Origin: a virus
Lineage: Duplodnaviria > Caudoviricetes
DNA length: 30,456 nucleotides
IMG/VR virus record: IMGVR_UViG_3300049009_000227
Location: 1 to 30,456 of that record
Reading direction: 5' to 3' (one strand)
Shown: in pieces, positions 1 through 7,241 of the stretch
Numbering within the stretch: position 1 is the stretch's first letter
How the letters are laid out: every line of letters starts with the position of its first letter
Made by a program: the position numbers and the translations under genes
The notes under the pieces: model-generated
Told to the model about the DNA's origin: nothing
What the model saw: only the letters and a program-made list of their open reading frames with translations
The model's database searches: none

Positions 1-13
1 TTACTATTCTATA

Positions 14-58
14 ATAAAGCACTATCCCCCCTAGGGCGGGGGGGTTCTTTATCTTTTT
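14..58 (+). terminator. GC-rich hairpin followed by T-rich tract (possible intrinsic terminator)
   Basis: CCCCCC(26-31)-TAGGGC-GGGGGG stem followed by TTCTTTATCTTTTT; outer arms ATAAAG(14-19)/CTTTAT(47-52). Confidence 0.4.
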
Positions 59-126
59 GCTAGGGTGCTATATGAACCCATCCCATCAGATACTTTTTTT
101 ATACCAAAAAGCATCACAGGTAGACT

Positions 127-290
127 TGAAGCGACTACTTGTAGGAGCGTCCTAGGGGTTATTAGGGGAGTGAAAAGGTCTTCAGTCAAGCAGAGACTGT
201 GTAGAGCGTGTGAACGGAACTAATTCACTACGAAGTATTCGGTGCTTGACACAAGGATAAGTAAACCCCTTAGTAATCCCCGTGGCTTCA
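127..290 (+). ncRNA. Putative multi-branched structured RNA, family not recognised
   Basis: TGAAGC(127-132)/GCTTCA(285-290); 14-bp helix 155-168/267-280 with three G.U pairs; AGTGAA(169-174)/TTCACT(224-229); hairpins CAGTC/GACTG (183-199), CGT-GTGA-ACG (208-217, GNRA loop), CGAA/TTCG (231-241). No ORF in the track. Confidence 0.45.
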
Positions 291-292
291 CC

Positions 293-321
293 CCCTCAGT
301 CCCCCAATTCTGGGGGAAGGG
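293..321. repeat. GC-rich inverted repeat / hairpin
   Basis: TCCCCCA(300-306)-ATTC-TGGGGGA(311-317), extended by CCCT(293-296)/AGGG(318-321). Confidence 0.6.
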
Positions 322-396
322 ATTTAAATGTTTCGTAAAGATTCGGATTGACTATCAGAGAAGAGTCAATGAATACATATGTGTTCTTTGATTTAA

Positions 397-646
397 TCCG
401 TGAGGCTAATTACCTCGTAATCTGGTGAAAGTCCAGAGGTAGACATGGAGGGTATATAATGCAAAGTCGATGAAGCGTACGGTATGTTACGGCTGAACAG
501 GCTTGCGGCTCTATGCCGTGGGTACGCAGAGACAATGCAAGGATAACAACAGGCTTTGATATCAAGCCCTAGTTCCTTGGATGCCACTAGTGCGTCCGTA
601 TCAACCTAAATCTATACAGACCTGAAGTAAACGAAGGAACGGACTC
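397..646 (+). ncRNA. Putative ~250-nt structured RNA immediately upstream of tRNA-Thr, family not recognised
   Basis: GAGG/CCTC (402-416); TCTGG-TGAAAGT-CCAGA (421-437); GCGTAC(475-480)/GTACGC(522-527) enclosing TACGGC/GCCGTG; CAAGGA(538-543)/TCCTTG(574-579) enclosing GGCTT/AAGCC; GTCCGT(594-599)/ACGGAC(639-644). Confidence 0.5.
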
Positions 647-649
647 TTT

Positions 650-724
650 GCCTTGTTAGCACAGCGGTAGTGCGTCTGTTTTGTAAACAGAAGGTCGTTG
701 GTTCAATCCCAACACAAGGCTCCA
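650..724 (+). tRNA. tRNA-Thr(UGU) with encoded CCA
   Basis: Acceptor GCCTTGT/ACAAGGC, D stem GCAC/GTGC, anticodon stem TCTGT/ACAGA with TGT at 682-684, T arm GTTGG-TTCAATC-CCAAC, discriminator T721, CCA 722-724. Confidence 0.96.
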
Positions 725-727
725 TTT

Positions 728-830
728 GAGTGCAGTCTGGTCACAGGCTGAGTATAATAAGTTGATAGGTTCATCAATGGCTCACAGCGTAAACTAGTAG
801 CAACGATATTTATACTGGTCAATCCCACTC
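728..830 (+). ncRNA. Putative ~100-nt structured RNA inside the tRNA array
   Basis: Closing stem GAGTG(728-732)/CACTC(826-830); hairpin CAGTCTG-GTCA-CAGGCTG (733-750); AGTATAA(751-757)/TTATACT(810-816); GTTGAT/ATCAAT (761-778). Not a cloverleaf. Confidence 0.5.
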
Positions 831-837
831 TCCTTTT

Positions 838-909
838 TCTGGGGTAGTTCAATGGTAGAACACCGAACTGTTAATTCGGGCGTTGGTGGTTCAAGTCCAC
901 CCCCTAGAG
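838..909 (+). tRNA. tRNA-Asn(GUU)
   Basis: Acceptor TCTGGGG/CCCTAGA, anticodon stem CCGAA/TTCGG with GTT at 870-872, T arm GGTGG-TTCAAGT-CCACC, G discriminator; no encoded CCA. Confidence 0.95.
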
Positions 910-915
910 CCTTTA

Positions 916-987
916 CGACCCTTAGTTCAACGGATAGAACACCCGCCTTCTAAGCGGGTCATCCAAGTTCGATTCTTGGAGGGTCGA
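916..987 (+). tRNA. tRNA-Arg(UCU)
   Basis: Acceptor CGACCCT/AGGGTCG, anticodon stem CCCGC/GCGGG with TCT at 949-951, T arm CCAAG-TTCGATT-CTTGG; A after the D-loop GG (Arg identity element A20). Confidence 0.95.
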
Positions 988-992
988 TTCAC

Positions 993-1063
993 AGTCTTGT
1001 GGTGTAATGGTAGCACGAAAGATTTTGGTTCTTTCTGTCGGGGTTCAAGTCCCTGCAAGACTA
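993..1063 (+). tRNA. tRNA-Gln(UUG)
   Basis: Acceptor AGTCTTG/CAAGACT, D stem GTGT/GCAC, anticodon stem AAAGA/TCTTT with TTG at 1025-1027, T arm CGGGG-TTCAAGT-CCCTG. Confidence 0.93.
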
Positions 1064-1069
1064 TTTCTA

Positions 1070-1150
1070 GCAGGAGTGGTGAAATGGTATACACGGCTGA
1101 CTTAAAATCAGTTGCCCCACGGCTTGCGGGTTCAAGTCCCGCCTCTTGCA
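1070..1150 (+). tRNA. tRNA-Leu(UAA)
   Basis: Acceptor GCAGGAG/CTCTTGC, anticodon stem GCTGA/TCAGT with TAA at 1103-1105, long variable arm 1113-1125, T arm GCGGG-TTCAAGT-CCCGC, A discriminator. Confidence 0.95.
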
Positions 1151-1156
1151 TATTTC

Positions 1157-1229
1157 GGGGGTGTAGTTCAAAGGTCAGAACACTCTGCTCATAACGGAAG
1201 AAACGCTGGTTCAAATCCAGCCGCCCCCA
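1157..1229 (+). tRNA. tRNA with CAU anticodon (elongator Met or Ile2; not initiator)
   Basis: Acceptor GGGGGTG/CGCCCCC, CAT at 1190-1192, T arm GCTGG-TTCAAAT-CCAGC; paired 1:72 and no GGG/CCC anticodon stem, so not fMet; C:A mismatch at top of anticodon stem. Confidence 0.9.
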
Positions 1230-1236
1230 TTTTTAG

Positions 1237-1265
1237 TTGACAGTAATCTTAATTCGTAGATAAAC
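1237..1265 (+). promoter_or_regulatory. Possible sigma70-type promoter for the packaging operon
   Basis: Perfect TTGACA at 1237-1242, 28 nt before the ATG at 1271; the -10 region is non-canonical (ATAAAC at 17-nt spacing). Confidence 0.25.
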
Positions 1266-1270
1266 AGCAC

Positions 1271-1669
1271 ATGAAAGAAAAAGCCTTGTCGCTCGCTCTT
1301 GGTCTCTCTAGAGACTTGCTCAAAGAACTCCGTACCTCCTACGAGGAAGGCGTTCATTGGTCTCGCATCGAGTCCCGCAAGCCCAGCCATCTCTGGGAAG
1401 TCGAATGGTCTGAGAACGGCATCGCTCTCCTCCGTGAGAACCTAGGCATTGCTAAAGAAGAATTTGTTGCCTCCCCAGAACAGAAGAGTGGCACAGTATT
1501 CTGCAAGTTCAAGAACCCCCGTGTCATCGGAGTGATGATTGACGGCAAACAGCACAATGTACTCTGCCGTGAATCCTTGAAGTTCGGTATCGGTATGCCC
1601 GTTGATGTCCGCTGGGACGGAGCACGATGGGTGGTCGTGCGACATCCGAGATTCAACGGAAAGTACTAA
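1271..1669 (+). CDS. Hypothetical protein, N-terminal wHTH-like region plus beta-rich C-terminus (terminase small subunit candidate)
   Basis: 132-aa ATG ORF upstream of terL; helical N-terminus (LSLALGLSRDLLKELR...EGVHW) then beta-strand pattern. Function inferred from position only. Confidence 0.7.
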   Translation: MKEKALSLALGLSRDLLKELRTSYEEGVHWSRIESRKPSHLWEVEWSENGIALLRENLGIAKEEFVASPEQKSGTVFCKFKNPRVIGVMIDGKQHNVLCRESLKFGIGMPVDVRWDGARWVVVRHPRFNGKY

Positions 1670-1690
1670 TATAAAAATTTTTTAAAACCT

Positions 1691-1807
1691 ATGAAGCACG
1701 AAAAAAAGATGCACGAAAAGATGGAAAAGAAGATGGAGCGTGAAAGTTATAAGGGTGGGTCTAAGAAGATGACCCCCTGTAAATACAAAACAAAGGGTAA
1801 GAAGTGA
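1691..1807 (+). CDS. Small Lys/Met/Glu-rich basic protein (38 aa)
   Basis: Translated by hand: MKHEKKMHEKMEKKMERESYKGGSKKMTPCKYKTKGKK, ATG 1691 to TGA 1805-1807, preceded by an AT-rich leader like other genes here; too short for the ORF track. Confidence 0.65.
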   Translation: MKHEKKMHEKMEKKMERESYKGGSKKMTPCKYKTKGKK

Positions 1808-1867
1808 ACCCGTGGAAGGCTCAGATGACATTGAAGACGAAGATGACATCCCCTTCCAAGAACTAAT

Positions 1868-3475
1868 ATGGCTTTCTCTCCGACACCGCATCCGATACTT
1901 GTTACTCCTTCCGAGGATGACATCAAGAAACTTGCGGATAAGGTGGGAGCAGAGAAGGTTGCTGAGATTCTCAACTTAAGAGAGGATAAAATCCTCGCAG
2001 AAAAACTTGACCCATATAGGCATGGGTTCGATTTACCACATTGGAAAGAAGCCGACCAGTTGCTAAAGGAGAACAACGAAGTTCTCATCCTTGGTGGTAA
2101 CCGAGCGTCCAAAACGGAATGGGCGGCTAAAAGAGTCGTTCAGACGCTTATCAATACGAAAGATGCTAGAGTGTGGTGTCTACATACTACGAATCAATCT
2201 AGTATCCAGATGCAACAACCTGTCATCTTCAAGTACTTGCCTTCTGAGTTCAAAGACCTCAAGAAGAACAAAGTTCAAAATGTTCAGTACACCCAAAAGA
2301 ATGGGTTCAGCGACAACACATTCATTCTCCCGAATAAGAGCCAATGTTTCTTTATGAACTACGCTCAGAAACGAGATGTCATTGAAGGTGGTGAAGTTGA
2401 CCTAATCTGGTGCGATGAACTTGTCCCTTTAGATTGGATTGAAACGCTGAGATATCGTATCGTTACTCGTTTCGGTAAGTTAATCACAACCTTCACTCCA
2501 ATCACGGGTTACAGTAGCGTTGTAAAGGAGTATGTAAGCGGAGCAAAGATTCTGGAGAACAAGCCCTCTCCCCTTCTGCCCGACAACATAAATGTAAACG
2601 GATGCCCCAGAGGGATGATGCCTTACAAGGCTAAGTCCTATGTCCGTCCTGCCGCAGTTATGTGGTTCCATAGCCAACTTAACCCGTATAATCCTTTTGA
2701 GCAGTTAAAGAAAACGCTGGCAGGAAAGAAACCTTATGAAGTCAAAATCAGAGCCTACGGATGGGCAGATAATATCAGCGGAAGTCAATTCCCTAGATTC
2801 ACTCAAGAAGTCAATGTGGTCAAGCCAGAGCAAGTTCCAGAAGAAGGCACGAACTATATGGTTATTGACCCTGCGGGTGCTAGAAATTGGTTTATGCTTT
2901 GGATGCGAGTTGATAAATCTGGAAATATGTATGTCTATCGTGAGTTCCCAGATTCGTCCGATGGTGAATGGGCTTTGCCTTCGGCTGACCCCGATGGTAA
3001 GGCTGGCACAGCCCAGCGTAATGGTGCTGGACGCTCTCTTGCGGAATACAAGACTCTCATTCTAGACTTAGAGAAGGGTGAAGACATCTGGGAGCGTTAC
3101 ATTGACCCCCGTGCAGGTGGCTCTAAGGCTGTAACAGAAGACGGAGGCACTACTCTAATCGATATGCTTGATGATGGAGAAACACCAATGCATTTCCAGC
3201 CAGCCGCAGGTATTCGTATTGAACAAGGAGTTGCTTTAATTAATGACGGACTGTCCTATGATATGAATCAAGAAATATCCCCTTTGAACAAACCTAAACT
3301 TTATATCAGCGAGTCATGTCAAAATCTAATATACTGCATCAAGGAGTGGACTGGAGCAGACGGAGAAAAGGGAGCAACCAAAGACCCTATCGACTGCCTC
3401 AGATACTTGATGGTTATGAATCCAATTTACCAAGGTGGGGACTCAATGCAATCGTGGGGTGGAGGAAGTTACTAA
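1868..3475 (+). CDS. terL: Terminase large subunit
   Basis: Walker A-like LILGGNRASKT, Walker B LIWCDE, coupling motif TTFTP, RNase H-like nuclease motifs VIDPAG, YIDP and KDPIDCLRY; upstream of portal. Confidence 0.93.
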   Translation: MAFSPTPHPILVTPSEDDIKKLADKVGAEKVAEILNLREDKILAEKLDPYRHGFDLPHWKEADQLLKENNEVLILGGNRASKTEWAAKRVVQTLINTKDARVWCLHTTNQSSIQMQQPVIFKYLPSEFKDLKKNKVQNVQYTQKNGFSDNTFILPNKSQCFFMNYAQKRDVIEGGEVDLIWCDELVPLDWIETLRYRIVTRFGKLITTFTPITGYSSVVKEYVSGAKILENKPSPLLPDNINVNGCPRGMMPYKAKSYVRPAAVMWFHSQLNPYNPFEQLKKTLAGKKPYEVKIRAYGWADNISGSQFPRFTQEVNVVKPEQVPEEGTNYMVIDPAGARNWFMLWMRVDKSGNMYVYREFPDSSDGEWALPSADPDGKAGTAQRNGAGRSLAEYKTLILDLEKGEDIWERYIDPRAGGSKAVTEDGGTTLIDMLDDGETPMHFQPAAGIRIEQGVALINDGLSYDMNQEISPLNKPKLYISESCQNLIYCIKEWTGADGEKGATKDPIDCLRYLMVMNPIYQGGDSMQSWGGGSY

Positions 3476-3654
3476 TGGAAATCTTCTTTCCAGCCCTCTT
3501 GTCTCGTCAGAAAGCGATGCTATTTACTGGTTTCGGACGAAAAAGGCTTGAGTCCCTTGCCATTAAAGGTCAAGTACGAACATTCACCACCAAAGGTGGT
3601 CACAAGCGTTACTTCCGTGACGATTTACTTAAAATTCTAAATGAAATCCTATAA
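3475..3654 (+). CDS. Small MerR/excisionase-like winged-HTH DNA-binding protein (59 aa)
   Basis: Start re-called at ATG 3475 (TAATG overlap with terL stop); MEIFFPALLSRQKA...RTFTTKGGHKRYFRDDLL has the T-x-GGH-x-RY wing typical of this fold. Confidence 0.8.
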   Translation: MEIFFPALLSRQKAMLFTGFGRKRLESLAIKGQVRTFTTKGGHKRYFRDDLLKILNEIL

Positions 3655-5830
3655 AAACAACGAGGACGAACTGGTTTTTGCCAGCGATACCCCGAATATC
3701 CCTTATCTTTACAAGGAATATCAGCGTTCAACACAAAATGGTGGAAATACTGCTAATATTGCTGAAAATGATGATATTCGCCTTGCTCGTTGGTCTGGAC
3801 AGACCTCTGATGGCAAGAAACATAGCGAAGACCGAATGAATGGTGACGGGGCTTTCCCGTTTGAAGGTGCTTCTGATGTTCGTTGCCGTCTTGTGGATAG
3901 AACTATTAACGACCTTGTGTCAATGATGGTCACAACTTTTGATAGATGCCAGATTAAGGTCAAGGGTACTGAATTTTCTGATTCTGAAAACTCTGCTACT
4001 GCTAATGTGCTAATGTCTTGGCTTCTTGAGTCTCGCATTCGTTCCGAAGTCCGTAAAGAAGCAGAACTCCTTGCTCAGTATGGAACTCAGTATGGCTGGG
4101 CTGGAATTCATGTTATTTGGGAACAGGAAATGGGAACAAGATTTCAGACTATCCGTATGGATGACCTTGTGTCTATGGTTCAACAGGCTGTTCAACAGAA
4201 CCCAGAAGCAACAATCAAGGATTTGCCAGCCGCCATTATGAATCCAGAGCAGGAAGATTATGCTGTTGATTTAATCATGCAGTATCTGAAAACTGTTGAG
4301 CCAAAGGCAGTTAAGAAGGCTGTCCGTGAACTCCGTACAGATGGACACGCTAATATTCCAGAAACTTTTATCTGCAAAAACCAGCCTCTGATTGTTGCCC
4401 TCAAGCCGTATGATGAAATCTCTTTCCCTCCCGAAACCATTGAAATTCAGAAGGCTAGAGTCGTATTCCGTAGAACCTATGTGACTGAAGTCGAACTTCG
4501 TGCTATGGCTCAAATGGAAGGCTGGTCTGCTTCTTTTGTTGAACAAGCCGTGAATTGTATGGGGATGCAGTCGCAGTTCAATGACCCTAATCTTCTCCCC
4601 GCCGCCGCCTTAATTAACTTCCAAGTCAGCCGACAGGACAATCTAATCGAACTTGTTTACTCCTACTCCAGACTCATTGATGAAAACAACATTCAAGGAA
4701 TCTACCAAACTATTTTCTGTCCACAGGCAGGAAGTGAAGACTTTGCCTCGCACGGATTACTGGGATATGCACATAACAAATATCCTTTCGTTATCTATCG
4801 AAGAGAACGCACTCGTAGAGCGATTATGGAGTCTAGAGGAGTTCCAGAAATTGCTCAAACCGACCAAGAAGAAATCAAGGCACAGCATGATGCCATCCGT
4901 GACCGAACAGCATTCACCACTCTGCCACCTATTCTTGTTAAGAAGCGACTTGGTGGTATAAATAAGATTGCACCGGGGGTACATCTGCCTGTTACAAGTG
5001 CTGATGACTATCGTTTTATGCCTACGCCTACAGGAGATGCTGGCACAGCGTTTAGCCTAATTGACAGAGTTGAAATGAACCACGCTTCGTACTTCGGACT
5101 TCCTCATCCGAATATCATGCCACAGAAGACACAGACTACTCAGCAGTTTGTTATCAACAACTGGCTTGATGTTTGGAGTGAGTCCTTTGCTATGGTGTTT
5201 TCTCTGATGTTGCAGTATATGCAACCCGAAGAAATTGAAAGCATTACTGGTAAACCTCTTCCTCAGAATATGTCAAGCATCAGCAATATGTTCGATTTCC
5301 AAGTGAAGTACGATGTGCGTGAACTTGATACTAATTTTGTAATCGAGAAACTTAAGGCTATCACGCAATTTGTTCTTCCTCTCGACTCCTCTGGCGTTAT
5401 TGACAAGAACAAGTTAGTCAAGGCGGCTATTGAGGCTATTGACCCAGATAAGGCTAAAGAACTCATCATCAATACAGGCACGGCTTCGCAGTTACTGTAT
5501 AAGGATATTCAATCTGACCTTGGCTTGATGATGCTTGGTAACGAAGCACAGTATGTCGAGAACGACCCATCTGCGGCTACTAAGATGCAATATCTTCAAG
5601 ATATTATGGGTAAGAATCCGAAGGCTCAACAGGCTATGCAAGCAGACCCTCACTTCCGTGCTGTCCTTGAGAACTATATGAAGAATCTTCAGATGTCTAT
5701 TAGCCAGCAACAAAACAAGCAAATTGGTCGTACTGGTGTAACCCCTGTTGCTGAACAGGCTGGAAATCAAATGCAACAGCAGATGAAACAGGCTGAAGAA
5801 ACCCAAGCCCAGCAGGAGCAACAAATGTAA
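3641..5830 (+). CDS. Portal (head-tail connector) protein
   Basis: 729 aa between terL and scaffold/capsid; FEGASDVR N-terminal motif, YPFV...SRGVPE core, Gln-rich helical C-terminus typical of podovirus portals. Confidence 0.85.
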   Translation: MKSYKNNEDELVFASDTPNIPYLYKEYQRSTQNGGNTANIAENDDIRLARWSGQTSDGKKHSEDRMNGDGAFPFEGASDVRCRLVDRTINDLVSMMVTTFDRCQIKVKGTEFSDSENSATANVLMSWLLESRIRSEVRKEAELLAQYGTQYGWAGIHVIWEQEMGTRFQTIRMDDLVSMVQQAVQQNPEATIKDLPAAIMNPEQEDYAVDLIMQYLKTVEPKAVKKAVRELRTDGHANIPETFICKNQPLIVALKPYDEISFPPETIEIQKARVVFRRTYVTEVELRAMAQMEGWSASFVEQAVNCMGMQSQFNDPNLLPAAALINFQVSRQDNLIELVYSYSRLIDENNIQGIYQTIFCPQAGSEDFASHGLLGYAHNKYPFVIYRRERTRRAIMESRGVPEIAQTDQEEIKAQHDAIRDRTAFTTLPPILVKKRLGGINKIAPGVHLPVTSADDYRFMPTPTGDAGTAFSLIDRVEMNHASYFGLPHPNIMPQKTQTTQQFVINNWLDVWSESFAMVFSLMLQYMQPEEIESITGKPLPQNMSSISNMFDFQVKYDVRELDTNFVIEKLKAITQFVLPLDSSGVIDKNKLVKAAIEAIDPDKAKELIINTGTASQLLYKDIQSDLGLMMLGNEAQYVENDPSAATKMQYLQDIMGKNPKAQQAMQADPHFRAVLENYMKNLQMSISQQQNKQIGRTGVTPVAEQAGNQMQQQMKQAEETQAQQEQQM

Positions 5831-6102
5831 TGAGTTTCCCGCAACAAATCATTGTAGGATTTTCCTTTGAAAAACAAAATGAACTCTGGAAAGCCATCCA
5901 TCTCCTGCTCGATGCTTCTATTGATTCTGAAACTGCAAACGCTGTCTCTAAAGAAAATAAAGGAGAAGATAGAGCGTGGCATTGTGGTAGAGCCGATGCA
6001 CTCACAGCCTTTAAAGAAATCCTTGTGAATACACGCAACGATATCTTGAGAGACCAAGGAAGACCTTCAGAAGACCATGCTCCGTCGGAAAGTGGTATCT
6101 AA
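5830..6102 (+). CDS. Small helical hypothetical protein of the head module
   Basis: 90 aa, TAATG-coupled to portal; RAWHCGRADAL resembles the small conserved genes found between portal and scaffold. Confidence 0.75.
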   Translation: MSFPQQIIVGFSFEKQNELWKAIHLLLDASIDSETANAVSKENKGEDRAWHCGRADALTAFKEILVNTRNDILRDQGRPSEDHAPSESGI

Positions 6103-6130
6103 AACAGGAAGTTCTTGCTTACTTACAAAT

Positions 6131-6207
6131 TTAGCCGTAACTGGCTGATAGTTCTGGGACTATAACACCCTGCCTACAACCTATAGGACTTTAGACCTTA
6201 TCTAATG
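6131..6207 (+). promoter_or_regulatory. Structured leader of scaffold gene (hairpin plus two possible H-type pseudoknots)
   Basis: TTAGCC/GGCTGA (6131-6148); ATAGT/ACTAT (6148-6163) with loop GGG complementary to CCC 6168-6170; AGG/CCT (6185-6198) with loop TTAGA complementary to TCTAA 6201-6205. Confidence 0.4.
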
Positions 6208-7212
6208 AATACAGACAATCAAGCCGACCTTAGCACGGCTCAAAATAACGCTACGACAAACGAAGGTACATCCACTCCCTTCGACCAATCCAAACTCGCT
6301 GAGATAATTAGCGATTCGTTCCTAGGTGGTAAGGAATCGAGTGCGGAATCACCCGCAGAAGAAAATGGTGATTCGGAGGCTCAAGCGACCTCTGAGGACG
6401 ATGTTCATTCACAAGAAACCGAAACAACTAACGACCAGTTCCAGTCTGAAGACTCCGAGGAAACCGAAGAAACCAAGTCTGAAGATGATGAAATTGAGCG
6501 TGGGTTGCCCAAGGGAGTCAAGAAACGCATTGATAAACTTTCCGCTAAACGCAGAGAGGCTGAAGCAGAGGTAGAAAGATTGAAGTCAGAAGTGGAGAGA
6601 CTGTCGCAAGAGGCTAACAAGCCAGCCCAGACTCCTACTGCCGACAATCCGTATGCTAACCTGTCTACGATTGACGAAGTAAGCCGTGAGGCTGAACAAG
6701 CCAAGCAAATCAGACGCTGGTGCGAAATGAATCCCGATGGTGCAGTAGTTACGGGAAAAGATGGTTCTGAAACTGAGTACACCGCTGAAGAAGTCCGCAA
6801 TATCAAGATTAAAGCCCTTGATGCCCTTGAGGAACACCTTCCGAAGCGTATGCAATATCTCCAAAACTTTAACCAGATGGAGCAGGTTGCAACGAAGGAG
6901 TACCCTTGGTGGAAGGATAAGTCGGCAAGAGAAAGACAAATTGCTGAATCCTTTATCAAGAATTTTCCAGAAATCCAGAGATTCCCCGACTATAAGATGG
7001 TGCTAGGAGATTATATCCGTGGCGTAAATGCCCGTGAAACCAAAGGTAAAACCTCTGGTGCTCCTGTAAAAGCCCCATCCCAGCCGAGACCTTCAGCCGC
7101 CCCCGCCCGTGTTCCTGCAAAGGATGCACAGTCGCAAGCCGCACAGAAGCGTTTTACTGTTTCTGGTAGCAGAGATGACCTATCTTCTATAATCGCTAAA
7201 CGATTCCTGTAA
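6205..7212 (+). CDS. Capsid scaffolding protein
   Basis: 335 aa, acidic low-complexity N-terminus, GVKKRIDKL coiled coil, Pro/Ala-rich C-terminal linker; directly upstream of capsid gene. Confidence 0.85.
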   Translation: MNTDNQADLSTAQNNATTNEGTSTPFDQSKLAEIISDSFLGGKESSAESPAEENGDSEAQATSEDDVHSQETETTNDQFQSEDSEETEETKSEDDEIERGLPKGVKKRIDKLSAKRREAEAEVERLKSEVERLSQEANKPAQTPTADNPYANLSTIDEVSREAEQAKQIRRWCEMNPDGAVVTGKDGSETEYTAEEVRNIKIKALDALEEHLPKRMQYLQNFNQMEQVATKEYPWWKDKSARERQIAESFIKNFPEIQRFPDYKMVLGDYIRGVNARETKGKTSGAPVKAPSQPRPSAAPARVPAKDAQSQAAQKRFTVSGSRDDLSSIIAKRFL

Positions 7213-7241
7213 TCACCCCCCCCTAAACACTATATACCAAT

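Noticed and set aside
246-376. TTGACA (246-251) and TTGACT (348-353) as promoters
   Set aside because: No acceptable -10 at 16-18 nt spacing, and both lie within hairpins; not supportable.
421-630. RNase P RNA suggested by GAAAGTCC and ACAGAC
   Set aside because: The 3' strand of P4 (CTGGCTT-like) is missing, and GAAAGT sits in a local hairpin loop.
621-637. Hammerhead core suggested by CTGAAG...CGAA
   Set aside because: It lacks CUGANGA and GAAA and has no proper stem II; the pistol-like AAGCCCTA at 564-571 also lacks its AGGGC partner.
883-1214. ORFs 883..1194 (+) and 927..1214 (-)
   Set aside because: They lie entirely over well-formed tRNA genes.
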